Shown: positions 8,872 to 18,432 of the stretch, in pieces | Layout of the letters: every line of letters starts with the position of its first letter | Position numbering within the stretch: the stretch's first letter is position 1 | DNA from: Candidatus Omnitrophota bacterium | GTDB taxonomy: Bacteria; Hinthialibacterota; Hinthialibacteria; Hinthialibacterales; JAKPRU01 | Direction of reading: 5' to 3' | Length of the DNA: 64,000 nucleotides | NCBI GenBank assembly: GCA_029570205.1 | Contig: JAKQSI010000042.1 | Span: forward strand, 52,936-116,935 | Notes under the pieces: generated by a model | Told to the model about the DNA's origin: nothing | The model's input: the letters and a program-made list of their open reading frames with translations, nothing else | Databases searched by the model: none | Made by a program: the position numbers and the translations under genes

Positions 8872-10281
8872 ATGGCGGACAGGATGCAAGGCGGAATAAT
8901 GGACGAGACAATTACAGGTTCGGTGCTGGTTGTAGATGACGAAGCTGGAATGCGTCACATCCTCAACAAGCTGCTTTCCGGGAAAGGATATAGCGTGTTC
9001 ACGGCGGAATCCGCTCACGAGGCGCTGGAACTGGCCCGCAAAGACCACCCGGATATCGCGTTTCTGGATATCCGCATCCCGGACATGAACGGTCTGGAAC
9101 TGCTGACCGCGCTCAAAAGCCAGGACCCCGACCTTGTGGTGATTATGATGACGGCGTTCGGCACGGTAGAGACGGCAGTGCAGGCAATCAAGTCCGGCGC
9201 GTATGAATACATCACCAAACCGTTCGAGAACGACAAGATACTGGTAATGGCGGCTAATGCCGTCGAACGTCGGCGACTGATCGACCGGACCCGTCGTCTG
9301 ACCGAGGAGGTGCAGGATCGCCGGGCGTTCGAGGGATTGATCGGCCGCAGCAAATCCATGCAGGAATTGTACGCGCTGATTAAGCGGGTAGCGGCAACCG
9401 AAAGCACGGTGCTGATTATGGGAGAGAGCGGTACCGGCAAAGAAGTTGTAGCCCGCGCCATTCATGCGCAATCGCCCCGCGCAGACAAACGTTTTGTGCC
9501 GGTGAATTGCGGGGCGCTGCCGCGCGACCTGATCGAGAGCGAACTGTTCGGGCATGAGAAGGGAGCCTTTTCGGGCGCTCACCAGCGCCGGATCGGCCTG
9601 GTGGAGGCGGCGGATCGGGGAACTCTGTTTTTGGATGAGATTGCCGACCTGCCCGCGGATCTCCAGGTGAAAATCCTTCGCGTAATTGAGCAAAAGGAGA
9701 TCCGCCGTGTGGGAAGTGTAACCGATATCAAAGTGGATGTGCGCCTTCTCTCCGCCACCAATCGCGACCTGGAGGCAGATGTGAAAAGCGGGAGATTCCG
9801 GGAAGACCTCTATTACCGACTTTCGATCGTGCCGATCCGTATCCCGCCGCTGCGGGAAAGAACAGAAGATATTCCGCTGTTGGCACAACATTTCATCGAG
9901 CAATTCAACAAGAAAATGAACCGTTCCGTATGCGGAACCACTCCGGCGGCGATGCGCTTGCTACGGGAGTATCCGTGGCCCGGCAATGTCCGCGAATTGG
10001 AAAACACAATTGAGCGTGCCCTCGTTCTTCGAGACCAGGGAGAAATCTGCGAGGAGGACCTGCCCATCCAGCTCCGCCGACAGCCCCCGGAGGCTGTCAA
10101 CGATACCTATTTGCTCGATCAGAGCGAGCTGACATTCCAGCAGGCGCGAGAAGCGTTTGAACGGTCCTACCTGGAATCCCTGCTCAAAGCCAACGACAAC
10201 AACGTCACCCGTTCCGCAATGCTGGCGGGGCTGTCGCGGCGGCGGTTGCAGGAATTGATTAAGAAGTATGGGTTGAAGTAA
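8872..10281 (+). CDS. Sigma-54-dependent response regulator (NtrC family: REC + AAA+ + Fis-type HTH)
   Basis: 469 aa with a receiver domain (VLVVDDE...DIAFLDIRIPDMNG), Walker A GESGTGKEV, the sigma-54 contact loop ELFGHEKGAFSGA, and a C-terminal HTH (NVTRSAMLAGLSRRRLQELIKKYGL). The start could be a downstream Met (8899). Confidence 0.92.
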   Translation: MADRMQGGIMDETITGSVLVVDDEAGMRHILNKLLSGKGYSVFTAESAHEALELARKDHPDIAFLDIRIPDMNGLELLTALKSQDPDLVVIMMTAFGTVETAVQAIKSGAYEYITKPFENDKILVMAANAVERRRLIDRTRRLTEEVQDRRAFEGLIGRSKSMQELYALIKRVAATESTVLIMGESGTGKEVVARAIHAQSPRADKRFVPVNCGALPRDLIESELFGHEKGAFSGAHQRRIGLVEAADRGTLFLDEIADLPADLQVKILRVIEQKEIRRVGSVTDIKVDVRLLSATNRDLEADVKSGRFREDLYYRLSIVPIRIPPLRERTEDIPLLAQHFIEQFNKKMNRSVCGTTPAAMRLLREYPWPGNVRELENTIERALVLRDQGEICEEDLPIQLRRQPPEAVNDTYLLDQSELTFQQAREAFERSYLESLLKANDNNVTRSAMLAGLSRRRLQELIKKYGLK

Positions 10282-10288
10282 ATATGTC

Positions 10289-10310
10289 GGGGCGACGCAT
10301 GCGTCACCCC
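10289..10310. repeat. GC-rich palindromic hairpin between convergent genes
   Basis: GGGGCGACGC/GCGTCACCCC centred on CATG, with one mismatch. It sits between the stops of the NtrC-like gene and the methyltransferase gene. No U-tract follows, so I do not call it a terminator. Confidence 0.5.
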
Positions 10311-10349
10311 TACACCCATCCCCGCGAGCCATCCGATACCGGATAGCGT

Positions 10350-11144
10350 TCATTCGTTTTTACGGATTTCGATCCAGATACCGTAATTGATACCGTCCGA
10401 TCCTTCAGGGCGCGGAATAATGATGGTGTAGGTCTCGATAGCCAAATCCCGCATGATCGTCTCCAATTCCTCGCGGGCTTCCTCGATTGAGTAATTGGGA
10501 AATCCTTTACCTATCTTATTGCCTGTGTCTTCGCCTTTTTTCTTTCTTTCCGCCTGGCTCTTGATCTGGCTCTCGCGAATTTCCCTCGCAATCTCCACAG
10601 GAAGATTTTCGGAAAATCCCCGACCGATATAGGCTACGCCACCCGGTTTCAAAATACGCCAAACCTCCGCGAATCCCGCCTTTTTATCGTCCCAGAAGGG
10701 ATACGACCCGCGCGAGACAGCAATATCCACATAACTATCGCGCAGGGCCATCCATTGCGCATCAGAAAAAATCGCGCTCACCTGGCCCCCAATCCCGGCT
10801 TCCTGCGCTTTCCGAAAGAAATCGGGGAAAACGGACGGATTGATATCGAGGTTGATCCAGTGCATTTTTGGCGAACGCTTACAGAGCTCGATCACTAAGG
10901 ATCCCGACCCGCCTCCGATATCCACACCGATTCCCGATTTGTCTGCGAGGTTGTAATGGGCCACAAGCCATTCCGCCAACGGAGCATAGACCGGCGCCAG
11001 TCGAGAGGGTCCTGTATTGCGAGGTTTTTCCGTGGTCTCCTTCTTGAATTTCTCCGGATTCGGAACTTTTAATATGTCGGCGCCGGCGATGAGACAAAAA
11101 ATCAGTGCGCAAAGAATTGTTGCGGATATTGCGGATTTTCTCAT
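10350..11144 (-). CDS. Class I SAM-dependent methyltransferase with an N-terminal signal peptide or signal anchor
   Basis: 264 aa. The N-terminus is MRKSAISATILCALIFCLIAGA (hydrophobic, positive N-end). Motif I is GVDIGGGSGSL, post-I is an acidic residue (INLDIN), and there is a LKPGG motif. Confidence 0.85.
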   Translation of the reverse strand: MRKSAISATILCALIFCLIAGADILKVPNPEKFKKETTEKPRNTGPSRLAPVYAPLAEWLVAHYNLADKSGIGVDIGGGSGSLVIELCKRSPKMHWINLDINPSVFPDFFRKAQEAGIGGQVSAIFSDAQWMALRDSYVDIAVSRGSYPFWDDKKAGFAEVWRILKPGGVAYIGRGFSENLPVEIAREIRESQIKSQAERKKKGEDTGNKIGKGFPNYSIEEAREELETIMRDLAIETYTIIIPRPEGSDGINYGIWIEIRKNE

Positions 11145-11195
11145 ACGATGATCCTTTCGTATTGCTGGTGTTGTTCGTATTTCCTGTTGCCTGGG

Positions 11196-11343
11196 AAACC
11201 CTCACCCAGCCCTCCCGGGGGGAGAGGGAGCGGCCTTCGCTTTTCTGACAGGCAGTGACGCCTGTCCTGCCAACCCCACCCCGGCCCTCCCTGTAAACGC
11301 GGAGGGAGACACTTCCCCCTGTTTACGGGGAGATTGAGGGGGG
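11196..11343. repeat. Composite repeat block: family B unit, family C unit, family A copy 2
   Basis: 11196-11230 aaaccctcacccagccctcccggggggagagggag is family B. 11246-11270 gacaggcagtgacgcctgtcctgcc is family C (compare 54246-54270). 11272-11343 matches 315-417 (family A) but lacks the middle unit. Confidence 0.8.
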
Positions 11344-11372
11344 TATGAATGCATATACGTCCGGAATCCCCC

Positions 11373-14300
11373 TCACTTCCCCGCGCGAATGGGATGATAC
11401 CGGATGGGATTGCCGTCACGGTCCGTAATTCGAGCGCTGAAACACCACAGACCGCCTGTCTGAGTAATCTTCATGAGAATGGTGTTGATCCCTTTCTTGC
11501 CATGGACCGGCAGGGCATCCTGGTCCGGCTCACAGCCCCGCTCCCCATCATACTCTCCGGCAACCTCACCGTTCCACCAGCATCGGAAGCCATCATTGCT
11601 GCCGACTTTCACATACAAATCCTGGTCGTTCTCCAGGGGAACCTCGGCATACGCATACGCGGACACCCATTCTCCGCCGCCACAGATGCCGACCAGATCC
11701 ACTATGGGCGCATCGCCGACAAATCGCTCCCAGTGTCGTGTGCCCTCGTCCGTGTCATAGGAGAGGCTGACATCTACCGCCGGTTCTCCCACAAAGGCTT
11801 TATCCAGCGGATACTCACCGCCAAAGGGGAACGGCCCGGCCAGAAGCCAGCGTGTAACATACCCCTTTTCCGCCGCATCCTTGCCGACCTCAAAGCCGAA
11901 GTTGTCCAATTTGCTCAAGATGTCTTGTGTCAGGGAACGGGTTGGAGAGATCACACGCGCACGGTTCAGCATTCCGATCGCCTTGGCGGGGTCGGATTTT
12001 CCAATATCATCCGCAACGGCGACATAAACCCGAAGCGCCTGCTCGACAATATCCGAATCCGGCTCACGGTAATTCCACAGCACCGGCGACAAATCCCCGC
12101 AGTACGGCTTGATGATCGATAGAGATTGGGGGGATTTTATCTGGGCCATTTTCTGTAGTGCAGAGACTAGAACAGATTTGGGCCAGGCCGTTGAGGCGGC
12201 AGCATGGTAAAAAACCAACGCGCGATCCCTGTCACCCTGCTCCAACGCTGCATCGGCTAGGGTAATCCATTCCGCAGGTTGTTTCTCTTTCGCAAAATCG
12301 GGTAAGGCTTCGGATGCGCTCTTGGGAACGTCTTCCCGAACCGCTTTCACAAAATTGAGCAGCGGGGCCTGTTCTTTTGTGGGATTCTCCACTTTGGGTA
12401 TCAGTTCGACGGTGAGTGCATTCGAGACCGAAACGCCGGGCAACTCCTTGATGATCGTTTTCTGTTGCCCGGCAGTCTCTTTTGCGGGATCAAAGTTCTC
12501 GGCAACAACCTTTCCCTGGACACGAATATCAAACACACGCTGCCCGATGCGGTCGCTCACCATTGGAATGAATCCGAGCAAAATCGTATACCGGCCCGGT
12601 TCCTCACCCCAGGTATCATCAATGAGCGGAACATCAAACCGCAGCGCACCCAGGCAACCGGATGCGAACAGCCACGGCTTGTCAATGCCTTGGAATCTGT
12701 CCGTGCGGAAGTCCTCGGCAAAATAGCCCATACCGTTGAGAAACTTTTCATTCAGTTTGAACTGCACACCGTACGGGCTTTCGCCGCCGTGACTGGTGTA
12801 CTTTGTGGCAAAGCGGGGATATCCGAACCAGAGGGTCCCGTCATCATCCCGCATGTCGCCCGGCGCGCCGAGATTGATCGCTAACTCCTTGACCGGCGTC
12901 TCAGGACCATGCGCGACAAATACCGTCCAGTCTTTCGGCGTATGGTTTTCCCTGGGCTTGAAAGCCATGGAGCATTTCAGCGGGAACGAACAGGTGCAGC
13001 CGGAACTGGCCTCCGGAAACAGGAGGAGACCATTGGCCGGAATAAGATTGATCCAACATCCGGGGCGAATCGCGCCGAAGAACGAAATGCCCGCATCGTT
13101 GTTCATGTCGTAAAACGCGGCATTGTAAGAGCGATAGAACAGCCCGCTGGGAGCCGCCGAGGTAATGCTGCAACAATGTCCGGGGCGCAGGAACTCCCAC
13201 GGAACTTTCTCGCCGGAAATCGGGTGCGTGCGGGTCTCAATCTCGCCGGTCTCCAGATTACAAGCACGCGGCTCGATAATGACCTTATTGCCGACAAGAA
13301 GAGGCCGACGCAGGTAATTCAGCGGGCGCGACCAACGAACATCCCCCACCGATGCAGACAATGCCGTAATGCGCCGCCATCGCAGCGCACCCTCCTGAAA
13401 TGAGCCTCCGTCATGGTTGCTGAATGTACCGAAGAAAAGCAGCACTCCGTTCTGATATGCGCTTGCAAGCCTGTCTCCCCCGCAGCCGGTGAGATCGACC
13501 GGCTTCTCCCACAGTTTCTTTCCCGTTTTGGCATCGAGCGACACGACCATACGAATGTCCGCCTCCCCGGGCAACAAAGCGGTTTCTTCGCTCTCTTCGT
13601 ACTTCTTCTCATCAATCAGGCGTTTCCGTTCATTCAACGCCAGGGCCTTTTGTTCACCTGTCACATTCTGATGTGCCAGAAACACTTTTCCATCCGCGAT
13701 CACCGGGACAATGTTCGCAAACTTGCCTTCTTTGAAAGTCCATAAAACATCCCCGGTTTTCGCATCAAGCGCAAAGAAACACTCAGAGAGCATGATCCGG
13801 TCGGTCAGAGCGGCTTTCGGCGATTTCTGACTCCCCCAGGCCGGATAGGTGTTCATCTGATGCCACAGTGCGCCGGCACGATGCAGGTCCTGCCAGGCAT
13901 CCCGGTTCGGTTCGGGATATCGCTGCTTGAACGTGTCAAGATATTCCGTATATCGCGAATCCTTTTGTGTTTCGGGAGTCTGCGGAGTTTCTTTCCATTT
14001 TTCGCCGTCCGTCAGATTGTCCCATGTTGATGCGTAGTCGGCTTCCAGCGGATCGGCGACGGAGCCGAACAGGATTTTCCCATCCGAGGAGATATATCCC
14101 CATCGTTTGCGGCCCGAATCGGCGGGTATCGGGAGGGGATAGATATGAACGGTTTCGCCGGTTTCGGGGTCGAGGCGGTGGCATTTGTCGTGCGCGGCGA
14201 CATACAGGGCATCGTCCGTAACAACCAGGTTTCCACCGTCCACATCGACACGGACCCGCACAGCGCCGGGGATTTCCCGCTTCCACAGGAAGGTTCCGTT

Positions 14301-16556
14301 ATAGGCATCGTACGCGCTGATTTCCTCTTCGCCCTGTATAAACAGGCGTCCATCGATGGAGACAGGGGCCATGGAACGCGCGTGACGTTCCACCATACCA
14401 CTCGGTCCCGGTTCGCCGAACCAGAGGACACCCAGCGGGCATTCGACCAGCTGGTCATCGGAACATGCGGTGTTCTGAGAATTGCCGTACAGCTCGCGCC
14501 AGGAACCGGCTTTCTCAAGCGGCTTGCGCTTTCCACACAGAGTGCAGATACCGGCGCCCTTTTCCGCAATCATCATGGATATATCGCCAATTGACGCGCT
14601 GGAATCCTGGAATTCCTGCATCTTTGATTCCTGAGCGATAGGCGAACGAAAAAAGATGGCTCCCCCGTCGGGACGAAGAACGCGGGATATCTCTCTGGCA
14701 TTCAATTCTGCTTCCCCACTTGTTACGGTGGAATCATAGACAATCAGATTGGCGAAATAATCCGGCAAGTCCCGAATATCCCAGTTCTCGACGATTATCT
14801 TTGTTCCGTAGAGAGCCGCGCCATCGAGTTTCGCTTTGGCGTTTTGGACGTTTTGTGGATCGGAGTCGATGGCAATCACAAACATCTCGGATTGCCGCGC
14901 GATCTCATAAGCCAAGTGCCCGTCCCCGCACCCCAGAACGAGGCAATAGCCTTTACGGACGGAGGACTGCGTGAAGACATCCTTCGCAAAAGACTGGTAG
15001 TCCTTTGAGAGCCTGTCCCCCTTGTACGGAGTCTCTTCGATTTTCGCCGTGCGCTTGCCGGGATTCTTGGGAGCGCCTTCGGTGAAACAGGAAACCGAGC
15101 CGTCATTCGAGCTGACAAGGAGTTTTCCATCGGAGACTGCCAATCCGGCAACCTCACCGGAGACACTGCCTTTCCATACCTCTTTGCCGTTCGTGATATC
15201 CAGCGCGATCAGCGATTCCTTGCCGCCGAGAATTAAGGTCTGTCCGGCCAAGGCCATCACATTGAAATTCTTTGCGGGGGCAAACCAGCGGCAGGCGGCC
15301 GATTTCAACTGCCCCTGCTCTTGCTGAATGGCTTTCATTCTCGAAGAGATTTGGGCGATTTCTTCATTTACGGAGTCTTTGGTTGCCTGATCCGCCTGCG
15401 CCAGCTTCGCCCGCAGATCGGCAATCCGTCGTCGGATGTTGGCTTCTTCCGACGCCAGCTCCTGCAAGCGCTTGTTGATTTCGGGGTATTTCACCCGGTC
15501 GATTGCGTAAACACCCTCCGGTGTAAGAACAAACGAGTTCTCCGGAGTAACTACAAGATCAACGCCTGGGAACCACGCGTATGGTTCGCCGAGTCGTTGT
15601 CCGGTTCCATCCTCGTAGGAAACTTTGGCCGGAGTGCCGGAAAGATCAACGCCGGCAATTAACTCATTCCGATCCAGCAGCACCCACGTGCCGCCGACCT
15701 TGCCGCCCGGATTGAGATAGAAAAGAAACTCGCCATTTCTCCGACTGAATCCGGCAGGCATGGCACGGCTCGAAGGCACATAAAGGACCTCTTTCGATAC
15801 AACCAGGTATCCCTGGGGCGAGATTCCGCCGAAGTTGAGTTCATGTGCCCGGTCTCCGATGGTGTCGTTTTTCCAAATGACCTCGCCGGTTTCGGCGTTG
15901 AGCGCATAAATCTGAATCCCTTCATAGGGAAACACACCGGCGGCGAAATACGCAATACCGTCATCCACCAGGACATTCGTGCGAACCGGCCAGAGCGAGA
16001 TCATACGGCCGTTCCCCAGAACCTTCCGGTTGCTGGGGCCTGCGCGGAACTTCCAGACAATCTCACCATTCTGCGCGGACAGGCAATAAACATAACCGTC
16101 ATCGGAGCCGACATAAACATTCCCGTTCGAGATAGATGGGGCCAGCCGCACGGGGCCATCGGTGAACCGGGTCCACCGGATCTCGCCGGTTTCCGCATCA
16201 AGCGCGTATACCTTGTTGTCTACCGAGGAACCAAAATACGCGATCCCATCCGCGACAGTAACCTGATAGGCGCTGTCGAAACGCATTCGGGGAAGTTCCT
16301 CCGCCGGTTCGTACCAGGCCGGTTTCGGAGCATGGGGAGTCCGGTATTCCCAGGCGAATGAGAGCGGCGGTTTGATCCCTTGTGAAGTGACGGCATGTTG
16401 GGCGCTGTCGTGACGATAGGTCGGCCAGTTCTCCCCGCAAGCATCATCGGCTGTTATGGCGGAAAACCAGAGACAGACGGCTAAAAAGGCGAAAAACATC
16501 CCCACGGGCTTCATGAGAAAAAATCTGTGGAAATTCATTCTCGGGTCTCCGATCAT
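11373..16556 (-). CDS. Giant exported multidomain protein: PQQ/BamB-type beta-propeller repeats, coiled coil, embedded class I methyltransferase fold, second propeller region, malectin-like module, helical region, C-terminal beta-sandwich-like module
   Basis: 1,727-aa ORF with an N-terminal hydrophobic signal. It has many PQQ-like blades (VYALDAETGEIRW, VYCLSAQNGEIVWKF, IYALNAETGEVIWK, FFALDAKTGDVLWTF, VVSLDAKTGKKLWE). The methyltransferase motif I LVLGCGDGHLA lies at about 14901-14951. The malectin-like signature GRYTILLGF....IGQRVFDIRVQGKVVAENFDP lies at about 12390-12790. Confidence 0.9.
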   Translation of the reverse strand: MIGDPRMNFHRFFLMKPVGMFFAFLAVCLWFSAITADDACGENWPTYRHDSAQHAVTSQGIKPPLSFAWEYRTPHAPKPAWYEPAEELPRMRFDSAYQVTVADGIAYFGSSVDNKVYALDAETGEIRWTRFTDGPVRLAPSISNGNVYVGSDDGYVYCLSAQNGEIVWKFRAGPSNRKVLGNGRMISLWPVRTNVLVDDGIAYFAAGVFPYEGIQIYALNAETGEVIWKNDTIGDRAHELNFGGISPQGYLVVSKEVLYVPSSRAMPAGFSRRNGEFLFYLNPGGKVGGTWVLLDRNELIAGVDLSGTPAKVSYEDGTGQRLGEPYAWFPGVDLVVTPENSFVLTPEGVYAIDRVKYPEINKRLQELASEEANIRRRIADLRAKLAQADQATKDSVNEEIAQISSRMKAIQQEQGQLKSAACRWFAPAKNFNVMALAGQTLILGGKESLIALDITNGKEVWKGSVSGEVAGLAVSDGKLLVSSNDGSVSCFTEGAPKNPGKRTAKIEETPYKGDRLSKDYQSFAKDVFTQSSVRKGYCLVLGCGDGHLAYEIARQSEMFVIAIDSDPQNVQNAKAKLDGAALYGTKIIVENWDIRDLPDYFANLIVYDSTVTSGEAELNAREISRVLRPDGGAIFFRSPIAQESKMQEFQDSSASIGDISMMIAEKGAGICTLCGKRKPLEKAGSWRELYGNSQNTACSDDQLVECPLGVLWFGEPGPSGMVERHARSMAPVSIDGRLFIQGEEEISAYDAYNGTFLWKREIPGAVRVRVDVDGGNLVVTDDALYVAAHDKCHRLDPETGETVHIYPLPIPADSGRKRWGYISSDGKILFGSVADPLEADYASTWDNLTDGEKWKETPQTPETQKDSRYTEYLDTFKQRYPEPNRDAWQDLHRAGALWHQMNTYPAWGSQKSPKAALTDRIMLSECFFALDAKTGDVLWTFKEGKFANIVPVIADGKVFLAHQNVTGEQKALALNERKRLIDEKKYEESEETALLPGEADIRMVVSLDAKTGKKLWEKPVDLTGCGGDRLASAYQNGVLLFFGTFSNHDGGSFQEGALRWRRITALSASVGDVRWSRPLNYLRRPLLVGNKVIIEPRACNLETGEIETRTHPISGEKVPWEFLRPGHCCSITSAAPSGLFYRSYNAAFYDMNNDAGISFFGAIRPGCWINLIPANGLLLFPEASSGCTCSFPLKCSMAFKPRENHTPKDWTVFVAHGPETPVKELAINLGAPGDMRDDDGTLWFGYPRFATKYTSHGGESPYGVQFKLNEKFLNGMGYFAEDFRTDRFQGIDKPWLFASGCLGALRFDVPLIDDTWGEEPGRYTILLGFIPMVSDRIGQRVFDIRVQGKVVAENFDPAKETAGQQKTIIKELPGVSVSNALTVELIPKVENPTKEQAPLLNFVKAVREDVPKSASEALPDFAKEKQPAEWITLADAALEQGDRDRALVFYHAAASTAWPKSVLVSALQKMAQIKSPQSLSIIKPYCGDLSPVLWNYREPDSDIVEQALRVYVAVADDIGKSDPAKAIGMLNRARVISPTRSLTQDILSKLDNFGFEVGKDAAEKGYVTRWLLAGPFPFGGEYPLDKAFVGEPAVDVSLSYDTDEGTRHWERFVGDAPIVDLVGICGGGEWVSAYAYAEVPLENDQDLYVKVGSNDGFRCWWNGEVAGEYDGERGCEPDQDALPVHGKKGINTILMKITQTGGLWCFSARITDRDGNPIRYHPIRAGK

Positions 16557-17228
16557 CTATGTTGAGGATGGGTTTTCGACGATTTCACCTCCCCGCAGAA
16601 AGACAATTTGATTCGCATACTGGTCCGCCGAATGCCCGTGGGTCACCACAATCACCGTGCCCCCTTCCCGTTGGAACTCGTGCAGGTGGCGAATCACCTC
16701 CTCGGCGTTTTCGGGATCGAGATTGCCGGTGGGTTCATCGGCCAGAAGGATGGAGGGCCGATTCATCAGCGCGCGGGCAATTGCAGTGCGCTGTTTTTCG
16801 CCTGCGCTCAGTTCGGCAGGCTTATGAAACTCGCGGTGAGAAAGTCCCAGATTCTTGAGTAATTCCCGTGCCCGTTCACTGGACTCTGCATTCCGCTCGA
16901 ACCCCGATGCCAGAAGGACATTCTCCAGCACGTTCAAATAGGGAATCAGGTGAAACATCTGGAAGACAAATCCGATATTCTTTGCCCGGAACTGCGCCCG
17001 TTCCAGTTCATTCATTGCGGAGATTTCCTGGTTGTTCACGGTGACTCGTCCGGTTGTGGGACGCATCATTCCACCGATGGTCAACAGCAACGTGCTCTTG
17101 CCACTTCCGCTCGGCCCGCGAACAACAAGAAATTCCCCTTGCCGAACATGCAGATTGATATTGTGAATGGCGCGGACCTCGTTTCGGCCCACTCGGAAAG
17201 TTTTACTTACATTTTCGAGAAGAACCAT
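16557..17228 (-). CDS. ABC transporter ATP-binding protein (MacB/LolD/FtsE-like)
   Basis: 223 aa with Walker [10 protein letters not shown], signature LSAGEKQR, Walker [13 protein letters not shown] and an H-loop VTHG. Its stop codon abuts the start codon of the giant gene. Confidence 0.93.
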   Translation of the reverse strand: MVLLENVSKTFRVGRNEVRAIHNINLHVRQGEFLVVRGPSGSGKSTLLLTIGGMMRPTTGRVTVNNQEISAMNELERAQFRAKNIGFVFQMFHLIPYLNVLENVLLASGFERNAESSERARELLKNLGLSHREFHKPAELSAGEKQRTAIARALMNRPSILLADEPTGNLDPENAEEVIRHLHEFQREGGTVIVVTHGHSADQYANQIVFLRGGEIVENPSST

Positions 17229-17230
17229 GA

Positions 17231-18385
17231 TTATTCCTCCCTCAGCGTAACAGCGGGATCCTCCGTAACCGCGACAACCGCCGGAATGAAACTGGACAGC
17301 GCCGTAAATGTCGGCGCAACCAGCAGCGACCAGGTGAGCAGTGAGTAAATCGGACGAATCGACTTCGCGGTTACTTTGAAAACTTGCGGCCCGAAACTCA
17401 TCGCAAAAGCGGTCCCCAGAAAGAATCCGATGGCCGCTCCGATCAGCCCGATGATGATGGCCTTGCCCAGGAACAGCGCAGCGATTCGGAAAGAACCATA
17501 TCCCAGCGCGCGCAAAACCCCGATTTCAAACCGGCGTTCCCGCACATTCAGGAACGCCAACGCGCCGATCCAGATTGCGCAGCCGACCAACACAAGGGGC
17601 AACAACCGCGCGAAAAACCGCTCAAGCATAAACCGCTGCTCCCGACGCGCATCGGAAATCGCTTTGAGTTGGATCACCTTGCCCTCCGGCAGCACTTGTT
17701 CCAGCTGAGATCGTAACCGATCCAGAGGATCACCGGGTTCCTTGCACAGGCATTCCAGCGCTTGGATCTCATTGATCCGGCCATCGAGGTTCAGAATACT
17801 CTGTATATCTTTCAGGTGACCGTAGATTCGGATGTCGTCATCGCTGCCCGTTTCCGGCAGACAGGAGGCTACCTGGAACGGCTTACCGAAAAGATCCACC
17901 ATATCGCCATTCTTCACCCCCGTTTTTTGTACCAGTTCGTATCCGAGATACACTTTGCCCGGTTCCACCGCAAACGGAATCATGGAGGATTCCACCACCC
18001 CTTTCGGTACGACTTCCTTTGCGGCAATACCGGTCAGAAGAACCTCCATTCCCTGCCAGGTGACTTTTTGCTGAAGAGTCGCCAGCAGATGTCGATACTG
18101 AATCTCGTCCTGTGTCTTCTCAGCAAACCGAAGGACATAATCCTCCGGCATGGTGTAATCGGAAAATCCGGTCTCCCAGAACTTAATCATGTCCGTTTCT
18201 TTCGGAATGATGCGCAGGTTATAGCCGATGTCGCGCATCAGGCGTGTGGTCTCGCGCTGAGAATCCTGCGCGCTCGTGAAAAAGGCGACATACACCGCCA
18301 CCGCAGTAACTACTGCCAGCAGGCTGAGAACAAAGTTATATTCCCGGTGAGTGATTTCTTTGAGAATCAGCAGTAGCGTTGACAT
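17231..18385 (-). CDS. ABC transporter permease, FtsX/MacB family
   Basis: 384 aa with TM1, a roughly 220-aa extracytoplasmic domain, then three TMs containing the FtsX-type RRFEIGVLRALG motif. There are 2 nt between its stop and the ATPase start. Confidence 0.88.
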   Translation of the reverse strand: MSTLLLILKEITHREYNFVLSLLAVVTAVAVYVAFFTSAQDSQRETTRLMRDIGYNLRIIPKETDMIKFWETGFSDYTMPEDYVLRFAEKTQDEIQYRHLLATLQQKVTWQGMEVLLTGIAAKEVVPKGVVESSMIPFAVEPGKVYLGYELVQKTGVKNGDMVDLFGKPFQVASCLPETGSDDDIRIYGHLKDIQSILNLDGRINEIQALECLCKEPGDPLDRLRSQLEQVLPEGKVIQLKAISDARREQRFMLERFFARLLPLVLVGCAIWIGALAFLNVRERRFEIGVLRALGYGSFRIAALFLGKAIIIGLIGAAIGFFLGTAFAMSFGPQVFKVTAKSIRPIYSLLTWSLLVAPTFTALSSFIPAVVAVTEDPAVTLREE

Positions 18386-18432
18386 GATACCCTTTCCCTG
18401 AAATCACCCATAAACTGGGTGACTGATCTGTT

